From Balanoglossus misakiensis (Eukaryota; Animalia; Hemichordata), in assembly GCA_040954595.2 (NCBI GenBank), contig CM082576.2, positions 372,001 to 436,000 on the forward strand: a DNA stretch of 64,000 nt. Reading direction: 5' to 3'. A model generated the notes under the pieces. That model was given only the letters and a program-made list of their open reading frames with translations. It ran no database searches and had not been told where the DNA came from. Shown here piece by piece: positions 52,801-64,000 of this stretch. How positions within the stretch are numbered: the stretch's first letter is position 1; each line of letters starts with the position of its first letter. The position numbers were made by a program, and so were the translations under genes.

Positions 52801-55800
52801 CCTGCCTCAGACCGACATCGTAAGTTGAATTCAAGTCAGTAAACAAAACTACTTTATCTTTCTGTTTCGATACAGCAAATACATTCGCTCTTTGTATTGG
52901 TCAACGGTAACACTCACAACAATTGGGGGAATGGCCGGGCCTGTCACTAACACTGTGAGTATTCCAACCCTTCGGATCCTTATTTTTTTAGCTTTCAAGT
53001 CAACATTGTGATTTTTAAAAGTTGATTCATTTTGATGCATTGCAATGAACGCGGACTTAAACCTCCAACGTCGAATCGAACTAGCACAATGCAAAACTGA
53101 GCACGTGACTTCGACAAGCACATATGATTAGGTTTGCTTTCAAATAATGAAGCTCAATGTTTGTCTCGTTTCTTTGCCTCGCCTATCTCTATTTCTATAG
53201 GAATATATATTTACGGGGATTACTTTCCTGGTCGGCGTCTTCTTGTTCGCTGCGGTCGTTGGCAATGTAGGTGACGTCATCAGCAACATGAATGCGGCCA
53301 GACAGGAATTCCAGTCAAGGTATGAAAGCTGTCACTTCAATATTTTCATTTTAAACGATGGGGGCGCGCTTCATGAGATTGCAAAGAAATATATTGTCAC
53401 TATTTTATCTATTCGACATGATGTGACGTCATAAACACAATCATGCACGTCGACTTGACCACTCTTTTGTAACTGTATGTCACTAGGATACCGGTGTGAC
53501 GTCGCTGTTGATAATGTCTGACCTCGAAGAACCATCCAAGTCGAACAAACTACTTCATTTTTAAATCGAACGTTCACAAGATGAATTTTAAAAGGCCAAT
53601 TTGCTTATGTCAATTTTATTTAACACATTTTATTTGTGTTACACCTGACCTTTGAACTCAGAATGGATGCAATCAAGTTTTATATGAATCACCGGGAAGT
53701 GCCAGACTCCTTACAAAATCGCGTCAAGAAATGGTCTGACTATGCATGGAATAGGTGAGAGGACTTGGATAATAATTTGCATAACAACTGCATCGTTCCT
53801 TATAGAGAATACACACAGGTGGATATAAGATACCTAGTAATAGCTCGTTGTCTGAGTTAATTTGACAAAGACATGGGGCGCCCTTTGGCATCTGCCCATC
53901 GCTGAAACAAATTTTTACAATTACATCGCATATCAAGAATCACGTCTGTTTTTCTCTCAGACAGGGTTGTTATATATTGTGAATATTGATATTCGTTACC
54001 GTGACAACAGTGGCGCAGAACGAGTAAAGTACATGTGTACATCAGAAAAAAGGTTCTATTATAATATAATTAAAACAATATATTAGCATTTCTTATCTGA
54101 GTTTTTCATGTGTATAAATTTGTTAACTTTCTCAAACAAAATGTACAAATGATTTCAGAACACAAGCCTTGGACGATCAACATTTCCTGGAAATGCTACC
54201 TCATCGGCTGCGGGCAGAAATTGCCATTCATGTACATCTAGAAACTCTCCGAAAGGTAAGATGGACACCACCGCTAATTTCGCAAGCGCACTGTCGGTAT
54301 TAAGCAGTCCGCAAAAGGCGCCGATGTCAAGGCTGAAGTCAACGCACGCTCGGTGGCGTTCAACGGGATAAATTAATTGAGAAGACGATAATTGCGTCCA
54401 AGGAAAAGAATTATTTAAAGAATTTATTGCAAGCTCGAGTCTGCCAAAGTTGTAGTCGATCAATTGTTGGCAGTCAAAATGGGTAAAGTAGAAAATAGAT
54501 TTAACAAAACGTGCGAAATATATGCCTTCAAAGAATCACTTAAAATTATGATTATAACACAAATTTCTTTGAACTTGTCCATCGAAATCAGAAAACCGTA
54601 ACCAGTACGTGTGTTAATCCCTGTCTCCCTTTTCAATGGGACAACAGCGTGTGTAGCCTATTATTTTTATATTATACAGGTTAAAATCTTTGAAGACTGT
54701 GAACAGGGTCTGCTATGCGAACTGGTGCTGAAACTACGATCGCAGATTTACTCTCCGGGGGACTATATCTGTCGAACGGGAGAAATCGGCCGAGAAATGT
54801 ATATAATCAACCATGGGAAAGTCCAGGTATCACTTTGCGAATGACCGAAAGCGAAAAGATTTGCGAATTCTACTTACTATGTATTAGATGTTTAGAAACA
54901 TATGCTGCCCAGTTTTTAAAGTATTGAACAAACTCTTAGGCCAGTGGGCAGAATTGACATTGTGTACTTAAAATGTATAGTGGGCCTATGGACGTGCGGT
55001 ATTTCTTAGTTGTAGATTTCCGCCAGACAAATTATTTGTAGTCAATTAGCATTTAAACGAGCGTTGGTGCACACTGGGTGATATACCACCATCTGGCGGT
55101 GGATTGTGTCAATTTCAACCGGTTACTACTGTGAATAAAAAATACCAAAATATTATTCAACGGGAGATACTTTCACCGTCGCCGCCACGTGCAGCTTGTA
55201 AACAATCAACATCATTCTCCTTGATGTGTTGTGATTCACAGGAAGAACTTCAATTCGTTCTCAGTCTCTAAAAGACGCCACAGACGTACTCAGCTGGAAT
55301 GACTCTGGCTTTTCGAAACCAAGTCTGTCGCCTGTTTGACGTCCTACATTTTTTAAATTCTTAGGTATATTTCTATAAGAGTATAATGGTACTTTTTCGA
55401 AACTTTCAAGTTTTCCCGAAGTCCCATTTTGATTCAAACTGTAATAAGAACAATCGAATCTCCATCCTCTTACTAGTATTAATTGTAAACAATCTCCGAT
55501 CCAGGTGGTTGTGCCGGACCCCATCACAGGACAAAAGATGGTGGTAGCGACTCTCTCAGAAGGTAACTATTTCGGCGAGATCAGTTTATTGAAACTTGAT
55601 GAGGGTCAGAACAGGAGGAATGCAGACGTGGTATCCCTGGGTTACTCGGAGCTCTTGTGTCTGTCAAAGAAGGACTTGATGCAGGTAAATGAGAAAATGT
55701 CAAGACAAGATGCCCACTCTGTCTTTTGTTCCATGCCCGAGAGTTAATTTGATCGGTGTACAATTTTCATTTTCAGTTGCCGTTGGGCCAATCACAACCA

Positions 55801-58800
55801 CCTGTTGATATTAAGACACACATAAAGTCAAATATTTCCATGGCAACATATATGCCGAGGTTTTACCATCAAGCAATGGAAGTTCTCCTTGTCAGCGATA
55901 AAAGAGACTAGGGCCAGGGCGTTGGCGGGCTTCCCTAGCATGAGATTTGATGTTTGTATGATGATGCACTTAGACTAACCCCTTCAAGACATTGTTGGCG
56001 ATTTTTGTTACTTGTCTTAGATTCTCTCCTGGGCCTGAAATTTAATTATTTTAGTTTAGACTTCGTTTGATTACAATATGCGTCTTTAACTCAGATTCCC
56101 AGAGTAACAGCCTTTTCCAGTCACCCTCTGAGTTCACAACATCCTCAAATGTTTACCCTCGATCTTTTGTGTTTTCCTGTCATCTGTAAAACCAAACTGT
56201 TGCGTAGGTCCTTGTGGAATATCCAGATGCGAAAAGTGTGCTGGAAAAACACGGCCGCGATCGAATGGAGAAAAACAAGGAGGCCGCGAGGTAAGCTGTA
56301 ACGACATTGTTTTCAGTTCAAGAAACATGTTTGAAATTCCCTCTTGTGTAAAGGGTCAGCTAGTAGGTTGATCAGTGAAAGTGTTTTTCAAAATCGCATG
56401 TACGTATGAAGTAGTGGTTTAAAATTGATTGATGACTCCCACTACATGGTGTCTGTAAAATTGCAGCATTTTTGCGTTCCAAGCGACTTAAGGACATTTC
56501 CAAGTTTAATGTGTGTTTCAGAAGGTTAAACCTTCTGGTCCGAATCGAATTCCACGTCAATTCCAGTTAGTTTGCACGTAAAAAGTCACCAGGAAAAGGC
56601 CATATCGCAATAATCACCACCGCACAGTAATCTGTCTTTTTGAATCATTTACTTTATAATGCAATTTTCTATTTGTGATCACTCCGATCAAATATCGAAT
56701 TAGGATAAATATCATTAATACACATTGCCTGTCATAACACGCCCAGCCCTGCGGCACCCACGTACGATAATTGTTTCCACAGTCACACAATGAGTACACC
56801 ATGCTTAAAACGCACAATGCACACGCCCTTGCAATACGCTACTGGTAATACGTAGAGGCGGGACCTCATTCGACAATCAACGCTTTTAATCATTCATAAT
56901 ACCCTGCTCGCTGATATGTTTTTCTTCTCACATTTTGTGCAATACAAACGTTATTTACTTCTTATTTTCTGTGCAAAACAGGTAAATCCATCAAAAGTAG
57001 ATCATTAAAAAGTCGCAGTTATAGTAAGAGTTACCATCGTCATATGGCTTTCCCAAATATAATTTATTTTTCGTTGTGAAGTAAACCACTTACTGTAGGG
57101 CATCTCTGTGAGATTATTGTCTATCGCCTTTAATCATTTGAACGATTGCAAAAGACAGCGATGGAACTAATGCCAACGCAATATGCAGAATGTGCCCGGC
57201 GAACATGTACATGTAATGTTGCAGGCAAACAGAGCGTGTACTATTATCCCGGGTAAACAAAGCATAGCTGATACCATAGTATTCCTTTCAATAGTTTTAG
57301 CCAGTATCAAAAATATTCAAATATCAACTTTAGGGGTCAACTATTAAAAACACTTCCGTGTGAATTCTTTCAACAGAATCCAACGGAGAAAGTCCGAAGC
57401 GATGCTTCAGATACCGGGCCTTGAAAAATCGTCTCTGGATGACCCATCGAAAGATCAGAGTCATCATGAGTCATCTCACAATAAGGCCGAAGGTCATCCA
57501 CCGCTCGCCAGAACTTCCTTCCACGAAAAAGGTAAAAATTGAGACTCTTTTCACCACAAATATGTCGATTTTCGATTCTTAATTTGAACAATCTTCATTA
57601 GCTGAAGCAAAAAAGGCCAATGTCAGGAAAACTCTTCATAACCCACATGTCCGTTGTTGCTGTTGTGTTGTTGTTGTTGTTGTTGTTGTTTGTCATCACA
57701 GGGAAGGAAATTGGTAAGGAGATGAGTGAACTACGACACGTAATACATGAGCTTCGCACTTTTGATAGCCAGGTAAGTGTCTTTGAAACAACAAGTGGTC
57801 TGTCGAGCATACGCCGTGTTTCTACCTTCCGATCGTAGAATGAAGTATTTTCATTAAGGTTTTACTAAATATGACAGTCACCATGTATAACACGTCTTTT
57901 TCGTACTTTGTCAGTCAACTAAACACAGGGTACAAGACCTATCAGAAAAGGTAGGTGCAACTGGGTTTACCGTTCATTAATTTTTATATCTAGCATCTTG
58001 ATCAAAACTTCTCTTATTATCGGTGGAATAGTTACTATCTCATAAACGCATAAATTATTTGAAATGTGAAGAATGCAGTGGGATGATTTTGGAATTTTTA
58101 TTGTCTTTTCGATAGTTGAAGGACTGTTTGAAAATCGGATGGTTTTGCTGAAAGTTTTGTGGTCGATTTTGTTATTGTTGAAACGTAGCAGACAGTAATG
58201 AAAAGCTAAAAAGATGTGGCACACGGAACAAATACTTAAACACAGGCACAGGTTAATGATGCTGGACATATGTTATGCTGTTTATGAAATTTGAATTAAC
58301 GACAAAAAGTGGAACCATATGGATGATGATAATATTATCAGGATATGAAGCCATAATATTACAGCAGCTACAAGGCTTTGGCGTATCACCAACCATGTAG
58401 TTTGATCTGCTAGAACATTTCAGAATAACATCTGCTAATAGTTTGCTAGACGGAGCAAACCAGATTATTCTTAGAAAAAATATATATTTCCGAGAAACTA
58501 GTAGACTTTTTTGGCGACGAATTATAAATGTCGGCATTTGGTGTCTATATTTCTGCGAATGAAGTGTAATGACTGATACCATTGGTTACAGTGTGACGAA
58601 CTGACTTCCCTGCTGCACGAGCGCGACTCTGAACTTCGTATGGCACTGATCAGAATCTCAGAGCTTGAGCAGCGAGTGGACGGTAAGCTGAAAAACGGCA
58701 AAATTCGTTCCCGCTTCGACACGGAGCTGGATTCCATCAACGGCAGTCGCTACCAACGTCGGGATATTGATTTAAGTAGTGATGAAAATCAACCATGGAG

Positions 58801-59206
58801 TTACGGAGCCCGACGGACACACAGGAAGCTCGGCCGCCAAAAGAGGACTGAACATTTGAACGGGAATTCGTCCGTTCCAAATTTACCGAGTCATCATGGC
58901 GGCGACAGTCAGGGGCAATCATCGAACATACCAAGCCTTGTCGTGGATGAATGTGATACGCCTCCCAGAGTTCCTGTCAGAGACACTGTTGTACCCGGCA
59001 TTAGTATCAACGGAGTGCTGCACCAGGAACCAGCACCATTTCAGTTTGAGGTTGCAGACACCGATCGTGAATACGACACCGTCGATGTCATTACAGACTC
59101 GAGTCTTCAGCAGAGTCCTAGCTTGTTGTTGGCTGAGAGTACGGGAGATGTGAGCGACATTGGGTCTTCATATCTAAGCGATGCGAGCTACGAAAGTGAT
59201 TATTAA
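31856..59206 (+). CDS. CNG-2: cyclic nucleotide-gated cation channel alpha-like subunit (TIGE filter), spliced, ~823 aa
   Basis: Manual exon chain, all GT-AG with continuous frame: 31856-31869, 35232-35364, 37158-37223, 41852-41929, 43485-43592, 45312-45417, 49550-49594, 50258-50339, 50904-51003, 52391-52455, 52741-52819, 53201-53319, 53662-53754, 54159-54255, 54680-54826, 55505-55684, 56208-56290, 57377-57531, 57702-57772, 57915-57950, 58592-59206. Motifs: [60 protein letters not shown]. Confidence 0.93.
35232..35364 (+). CDS. CNG-2 acidic N-terminal exon ([11 protein letters not shown]...DKG)
   Basis: Acidic ORF, GTAAGT donor in phase 0; internal ATG at 35239 is an alternative start. Confidence 0.8.
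36190..36420 (+). mobile_element. Degenerate LINE (L1/Tx1-like) reverse transcriptase fragment
   Basis: Translates [27 protein letters not shown]...[12 protein letters not shown], matching the non-LTR RT pattern GCPLSPLLF..IE.L...IR....IKG...K.S.(Y/F)ADD; disrupted upstream. Confidence 0.8.
37158..37223 (+). CDS. CNG-2 pre-S1 exon ([14 protein letters not shown])
   Basis: CNG motif, AG/GTGAGT. Confidence 0.92.
41087..41555. mobile_element. MITE-like element with a perfect 39-bp inverted repeat
   Basis: 41087-41125 agtatgaaatcggtcgcaatgcaaatggtaacgcgatat is the exact reverse complement of 41517-41555; non-coding interior; no clear TSD. Confidence 0.65.
41852..41929 (+). CDS. CNG-2 S1 exon ([20 protein letters not shown])
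   Basis: Homologous to 10371-10448. Confidence 0.93.
42868..42927 (+). repeat. (GACA)n microsatellite
   Basis: Directly visible, imperfect. Confidence 0.92.
43485..43592 (+). CDS. CNG-2 S2 exon ([24 protein letters not shown])
   Basis: Homologous to 11008-11115. Confidence 0.94.
45312..45417 (+). CDS. CNG-2 S2-S3 exon ([11 protein letters not shown]...DVLSMLP)
   Basis: Homologous to 13269-13374. Confidence 0.9.
49550..49594 (+). CDS. CNG-2 45-nt symmetric exon in the S3-S4 linker ([14 protein letters not shown])
   Basis: Long T tract plus ttttcag acceptor, CAG/GTGAGA donor, open only in phase 1-1. Confidence 0.65.
50258..50339 (+). CDS. CNG-2 S4 exon ([14 protein letters not shown])
   Basis: Homologous to 15238-15316. 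Confidence 0.92.
50904..51003 (+). CDS. CNG-2 S5 exon
   Basis: RTSNPN...[14 protein letters not shown]. Confidence 0.95.
52391..52455 (+). CDS. CNG-2 turret exon ([14 protein letters not shown])
   Basis: WVYP motif, NNT N-glycosylation sequon. Confidence 0.95.
52741..52819 (+). CDS. CNG-2 pore exon ([16 protein letters not shown])
   Basis: Canonical CNGA filter TIGE. Confidence 0.96.
53201..53319 (+). CDS. CNG-2 S6 exon
   Basis: EYIF...[23 protein letters not shown]. Confidence 0.96.
53662..53754 (+). CDS. CNG-2 C-linker exon
   Basis: [29 protein letters not shown]. Confidence 0.96.
54159..54255 (+). CDS. CNG-2 C-linker exon
   Basis: [23 protein letters not shown]. Confidence 0.96.
54680..54826 (+). 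CDS. CNG-2 CNBD exon
   Basis: [12 protein letters not shown]...[16 protein letters not shown]; equals two CNG-1 exons fused (109+38 nt). Confidence 0.96.
55505..55684 (+). CDS. CNG-2 CNBD exon (FGEISLL...RRNADV)
   Basis: Equals two CNG-1 exons fused (110+70 nt). Confidence 0.96.
56208..56290 (+). CDS. CNG-2 C-helix exon ([23 protein letters not shown])
   Basis: YPDAK motif, AG/GTAAGC. Confidence 0.94.
57377..57531 (+). CDS. CNG-2 post-CNBD exon (IQRRKSEAM...FHEK)
   Basis: tttcaacag acceptor, phases match the neighbouring exons. Confidence 0.83.
57653..57690 (+). repeat. (GTT)n microsatellite next to a splice acceptor
   Basis: Directly visible just upstream of exon 57702. Confidence 0.9.
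57702..57772 (+). CDS. CNG-2 coiled-coil exon ([18 protein letters not shown])
   Basis: cacag/GTAAGT, continuous frame. Confidence 0.83.
57915..57950 (+). CDS. CNG-2 36-nt coiled-coil exon ([12 protein letters not shown])
   Basis: Same length and phase as 21862-21897. Confidence 0.85.
58592..59206 (+). CDS. CNG-2 last coding exon
   Basis: [27 protein letters not shown]..., homologous to the CNG-1 last exon, TAA at 59204-59206. Confidence 0.9.
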   Translation, partial: CDELTSLLHERDSELRMALIRISELEQRVDGKLKNGKIRSRFDTELDSINGSRYQRRDIDLSSDENQPWSYGARRTHRKLGRQKRTEHLNGNSSVPNLPSHHGGDSQGQSSNIPSLVVDECDTPPRVPVRDTVVPGISINGVLHQEPAPFQFEVADTDREYDTVDVITDSSLQQSPSLLLAESTGDVSDIGSSYLSDASYESDY

Positions 59207-59973
59207 TTATTATCTAATTGGAAATTAGCACCGATGTAGTACTTTTAAAAGCGAACTGGTCCATACGACCAACATATTTCGGTGACTGTAAAGACTAACG
59301 CCAAACCAAACAAACTACAACAATTTAAAAAGTGAACTGGCATTTTACTGAAAGCACTAACCAGTGTTTTACACAGATTCAATGGTGGCGCCAAAATGTT
59401 GTGTGCACACCTGTGGCATCACCTTGTTTGTCTGTTAATTGATTGATTATTGGTTCGAAGGTTATCATTCTTGACCACTAAACCTATGCATTTTCTTCGG
59501 CCAGACAACAAAATATCTCCAAAGAGTCTAACGTTATCCACGTCGAGACTCGGTAATGACGTCAACTTTGACGATACCCGGTCAGGTTTAATCTTACCAA
59601 ACCAAACTGATAAAGACGGACCACTGAGACGAACCACGCATGCGTCCAAAGGGCAAAAATGATGGACGTGGCGTCCTTCTCGCCGGAAAATGACAGTTCA
59701 AAATTAAAAGAAAACGGGTGATGAGTAATTTTTTTTCGACCACAGTTTGTACCCAGTCTGTTATTATTTTGTTTTGTGTATAGTGCAGTGCGTTGTCGCG
59801 TTCTCCATTTTTGTGTCCCTTAAACTGACATCATATACCCCTGTCTCGATGTTCAGACCTTTGCTTCGTTTAAATCGACATGAAAGTCTTGCTGCAACAA
59901 GCACTAAATTATTGACAGACACTCAACATGAGAGACAACTCGTGGCAAATTATTTTTATAGTTTTACATTTCA

Positions 59974-59979
59974 AATAAA
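59974..59979 (+). promoter_or_regulatory. Candidate polyadenylation signal of CNG-2
   Basis: AATAAA ~770 nt after the stop codon; positional inference only. Confidence 0.3.
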
Positions 59980-62900
59980 AAGACTTATCGATAGTAAACT
60001 GCAAACAGTCTACAAAACAGAACAGGATGACCATTGGCCTTTAAGTTAGCGTTCCCAATCAAGGCGCATATAAGCTGTTCTATCTCAACTTACAAATAGA
60101 GACAGCACATGTCGTCAGCTGTCAGAGAGCCTCGGATACAACGTCATGGCTGAGCTAACAGTAAGTCAGGTCATGCGTCCAATTAATTATGCAAATACCA
60201 TGAGATTGAAAAATCGAAAAGATGTACACTGAATGGCTAAAACTCCAATTTAGATAAATTTGTCGACGAGTGTGTGTGTCTTCACTTCATGGATGTCAGC
60301 GTTACTGTGCCTTGAGACTTTATATTCATAGGAATCTGTGGTAAACGATGAATAACTATCGTCCGTCCATTTTTGTATGCTAAGCCAAGAATATACTAGT
60401 ACTGATCATACAGTGCAATGAACGCAGATAGGTATATCTAATTTTAGACAGAGATCATCTGGTCTTTTATAAAACATCGTGATCTTGTTAATCATATGTG
60501 GTCGTAAACCATAAGTGTGAAAAACTGTCATGTATTATTTTTCAGACAGATGCGATTCGTATAATTTATTTAACATAAATTTACAATAATTATATTGTGG
60601 CTGACTGTTTATTTCGTTGCCCTGTTTTCGAAGATGAATTGCGGGATTATAACGACGACAGTGACTTCTACAGATGGGCGATTTTGAGAGTTTTCAGTCA
60701 TCTGTCCACAGCACTGTCTCTATCGCTTATTTCAATACGTGGCGTCATTAACACCTTGGAGAATCTGCAGTAGCTTCATGTTAACACCGTGCTAGCGCTT
60801 TACGCACATCGGAGATTTGGCTGTCCACAATACTAATATTATACCATACCTTGCTCCTGCTCCAATTGACGGACACCTCGTATGATTATGCCACACTTAT
60901 TTGTATCAATTAGACCCGGGACAAGTAAGTCCGATGAAAAAATCAGACAACTGCCGTGTTGTCTCACATGGTCCTCGGTTTTTTCGCTTTGACAATGGTT
61001 TGTTTTTCCCTCAATCGACTTAATTATTGAAATGTCCAACCGCATTGTGCTTTTAAATTAGTCACAATTAGCAGCTTTGTCAACTGCTTACATTCCACAA
61101 CTGCCAAGATGTGACGCCACTCCGACGCAACGGCGAATATACATGCGTACGTGGTTCAAATCCGCTGTGAATCAAAATGACACAGTTTTGGCAGTGATCA
61201 CTTTAATAATGGGCGACTGGAATTAAGGATTCTGACTTGATCTCATCTCGTCAACTTGAACCGGTGTGGCCTTCTATCACAAATCATTGTTACCAGCTTT
61301 TAAATACTTTTCGATCATAGAAGTATCTTAATTCCTGCGCTGATGATCAGAATGTTATCAAGATCCATTTTGAGTGCCATTTTTGACCATCCCATTACGG
61401 TCACGACGATTCCAAACCAGCATGGCAGCCTTGAACAGGCGAATATTTATATGGTCACGGTAAAGTTGATTTACAGTTTTAAATCCCGGACTAGTTTTAT
61501 TGTAAAATTAAATTAAACATAAAAGCCATTTTCCCGTAATGGTAATGAACTAATAGTCTCCGTCAATTGTTCACATTGGATGCCGGGAGCATGCCGAGAC
61601 TCGCCCCTCTCCCTTCTCCTTCCTTCCTGTCGCCACACCATTCGGACGTGTGAGCACACTGTCGGTGCGCCTGGCTTGTGTACAACAGTGGCTATGGTTA
61701 CCGTCTTAATGTGGCGGCCTTTGAAAACGGTTGTTGGAATCAAACGTGAAATGTGTCGATATTGTCTGTCTCCGGCTTAGCCTTAGCCACGCTGACGACA
61801 TCACAATGCATGTAGCAAAGTTTTCAAAGAGAGGAAAAAACTCCAACTAATTAAATGCAATTAGCTCAGGCAATGATTTATTCGTGAGAAATGCTATAAT
61901 TACAGTTGAGGCAAACACGGATCACGCTACAAAGAAGGACTCCATTCATTACAATAATTGCTCATTAAAATAGAATTAATACACATAATGGGTGATTTTT
62001 CAAAGTTTTTTTTCTGTCTCTCTGACTGACAAATCGCTCTTGTTGAGTTGAGAATTCCCTTGTCATCTTGTTAGTACGGCAAGATTGCGGTCTGTGTTCG
62101 TTTTTAAAAGACGAAGTCAGATTGCAGATTTTCGGGGCTAGCTCCATGTTTGTGTTTGTTTCGTACCTATAATGATTGCATTCGCATATGCACGTATGAG
62201 GTGAGTTAAACAGTTGGCCAAGGGCGACAAATCGGAGATGAAAAGTAAAAGTCCCCGCCAATCAAATTGAAACATGCCCAAGATAATCGACCAGAAGCCA
62301 TCTGTAAAGTCTGACCCGATGCCATCCTGTTTCCCAGGATTTGAGTTTGATGAAAATGTGCGCTTTTGGCAGATCAGGAATCCTTGTACGAGTGATTAGT
62401 AAACATTGTGGCCAACAAATTCTCGATAGCTGCATCAAATGAAGCCGACGCCAATATCTTAAGCATTGCAATATCTGACCTTTTTCATTCAAATACATCT
62501 GTGTAATTAAACATATGTTGACACCGACGTATCCATGACTGCGCGTAATTTATTTCAGTGCGCCACTTATTTCGTCCACACAGTCTCCACCGGTTCGCGA
62601 CCTTACAACTTTGGGTAGCTAAGTGGTTGACTCCCAAAGAGACAATGGTACGTATGCCCACACACCTAGCTGCAACATGGGCCTCAATTTAGAGCCATTT
62701 TAAATGCCATTTGTGGTCACGTGTTTACGGCAGTAATAGTATAAGAAAAGTTCTGCAGTTGCCAGCAGCCACTCCGCTTTGTAACAACGACGGGTTAAGA
62801 CGGACCGTCGCCATCACGGTATCAGCCTGAACAATCTAGGGTCCCGTGAAAACTCGCCCAGTTAGAGTATGAGTTGGCTTCCATTATACGACATGTTGCT

Positions 62901-63731
62901 GATATCTACTGTCGCCGATCAGAACGATATAAATACATACTTTGCAGCCGGAGTCAGATCTTCGATTCACACCCAACGGAAACAAAAAAGCGAGGAGCAC
63001 AGTGTCTTGCATTACCGCGACGCCTACGGTGGTAAATTACCGCGTTTACAAAATCTCGTCTCAGACGCGTCCCGAAATCTGCTCGCAGACGTAGTACCGT
63101 TTAAATGGCGACACCGTTCTGGTATTAGCCTTCACAGGCTAATGCCATTACTATATATACAAATACACTTTTGTCCGCTACTTATCCAATTAGCCACTTA
63201 TGGTAATTTCCAACGTAAATCGCATTGTGTGCGCGGGAAATTATACATGCGTCTCCTAGAATGTCTGTGGCGTTGTATTGCTTCTCCAAAACTTCCCTTC
63301 GTTTAGGGGAGCCGCAAAACTAAATGGATTTTTATTGGGTAATTACGCGTATAAAGTTGGAATTCAGATCCAGTCGGCTGTTCGACAACATGGCTTTCTT
63401 ATTTGGACAATTAAAACGAACGAAGCTCTTAGCTGAATGTACATGGACAGTAAGGGAAAAGCTTGTTTCTGTTCTTACAGCCAGTACACCAGGCCTCACA
63501 AGATGTCCCACTCTGATAAATTTTGCCCACAAAATGACGTCATTCAGTTGTATGGAGATTATCTGTTAGGCGGTCGCTTACTTGCGTACATTTATATGAA
63601 CGTAACTTCAATTGCTGGAACAATGATCCACGCGGGGATGAAACAAAACTCAAGTAACAAAGCTGCGGACTTCTTGCCTCCTACATTGTAAAGCGGTCAA
63701 TGAGTATAATGTTATGACGTATACCCATTCA

Positions 63732-63733
63732 TT

Positions 63734-63827
<94 letters not shown>

Positions 63828-63990
63828 TGTATTTATTTATTTATTTATTCATCCATTCGTTTGTTTGTTTGTTTGTTTGTTTGTTTGTTTGTTTGTTTGT
63901 TTAGTATGTGTGCGTGTGTGCGTACGTGACTGTCTGTCTGTCTGTCTGCATGCATGTATGTATGTGTGTTCGTGTGTGTGTGTCTGTGTA
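63732..63990 (+). repeat. Compound microsatellite (TTTC)n(TTTA)n(TTTG)n plus TCTG/TG runs
   Basis: Directly visible. Confidence 0.95.
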
Positions 63991-64000
63991 TCTGCTTCTT

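Noticed and set aside
59419-63700. Several 60-145 aa ORFs downstream of CNG-2, and minus-strand donor-like sites
   Set aside because: No recognisable domain and no consistent exon chain could be built; a neighbouring gene's UTR cannot be excluded.
63714-63929. Hydrophobic 71-aa ORF
   Set aside because: Translation of the TTTC/TTTA/TTTG microsatellites.

Overview
This is AT-rich, intron-dense eukaryotic (invertebrate animal-like) genomic DNA, so the supplied ORF track is mostly spurious or captures single exons. The window is dominated by two head-to-tail, + strand paralogous cyclic nucleotide-gated (CNG) cation channel genes, reconstructed by hand from GT-AG boundaries and frame continuity. 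CNG-1 spans about 1581-22671 (25 coding exons, about 936 aa) and CNG-2 about 31856-59206 (21 coding exons, about 823 aa). Both encode S1-S6, pore, C-linker, CNBD, a C-terminal coiled coil and a disordered tail. They have diverged reciprocally at key functional residues: CNG-1 has a beta-subunit-like filter (TIGG) with an intact RTA cassette, while CNG-2 has the alpha-type filter (TIGE) but RNA in place of RTA. Both carry an HCN-like C-helix Arg, lack the cGMP-selecting Asp, and share a PxIxIT-like tail motif. Also present are a LINE RT relic, a MITE-like inverted repeat, microsatellites and X-box-like palindromes. The 5' exons and all functional statements are inference; no searches were run.
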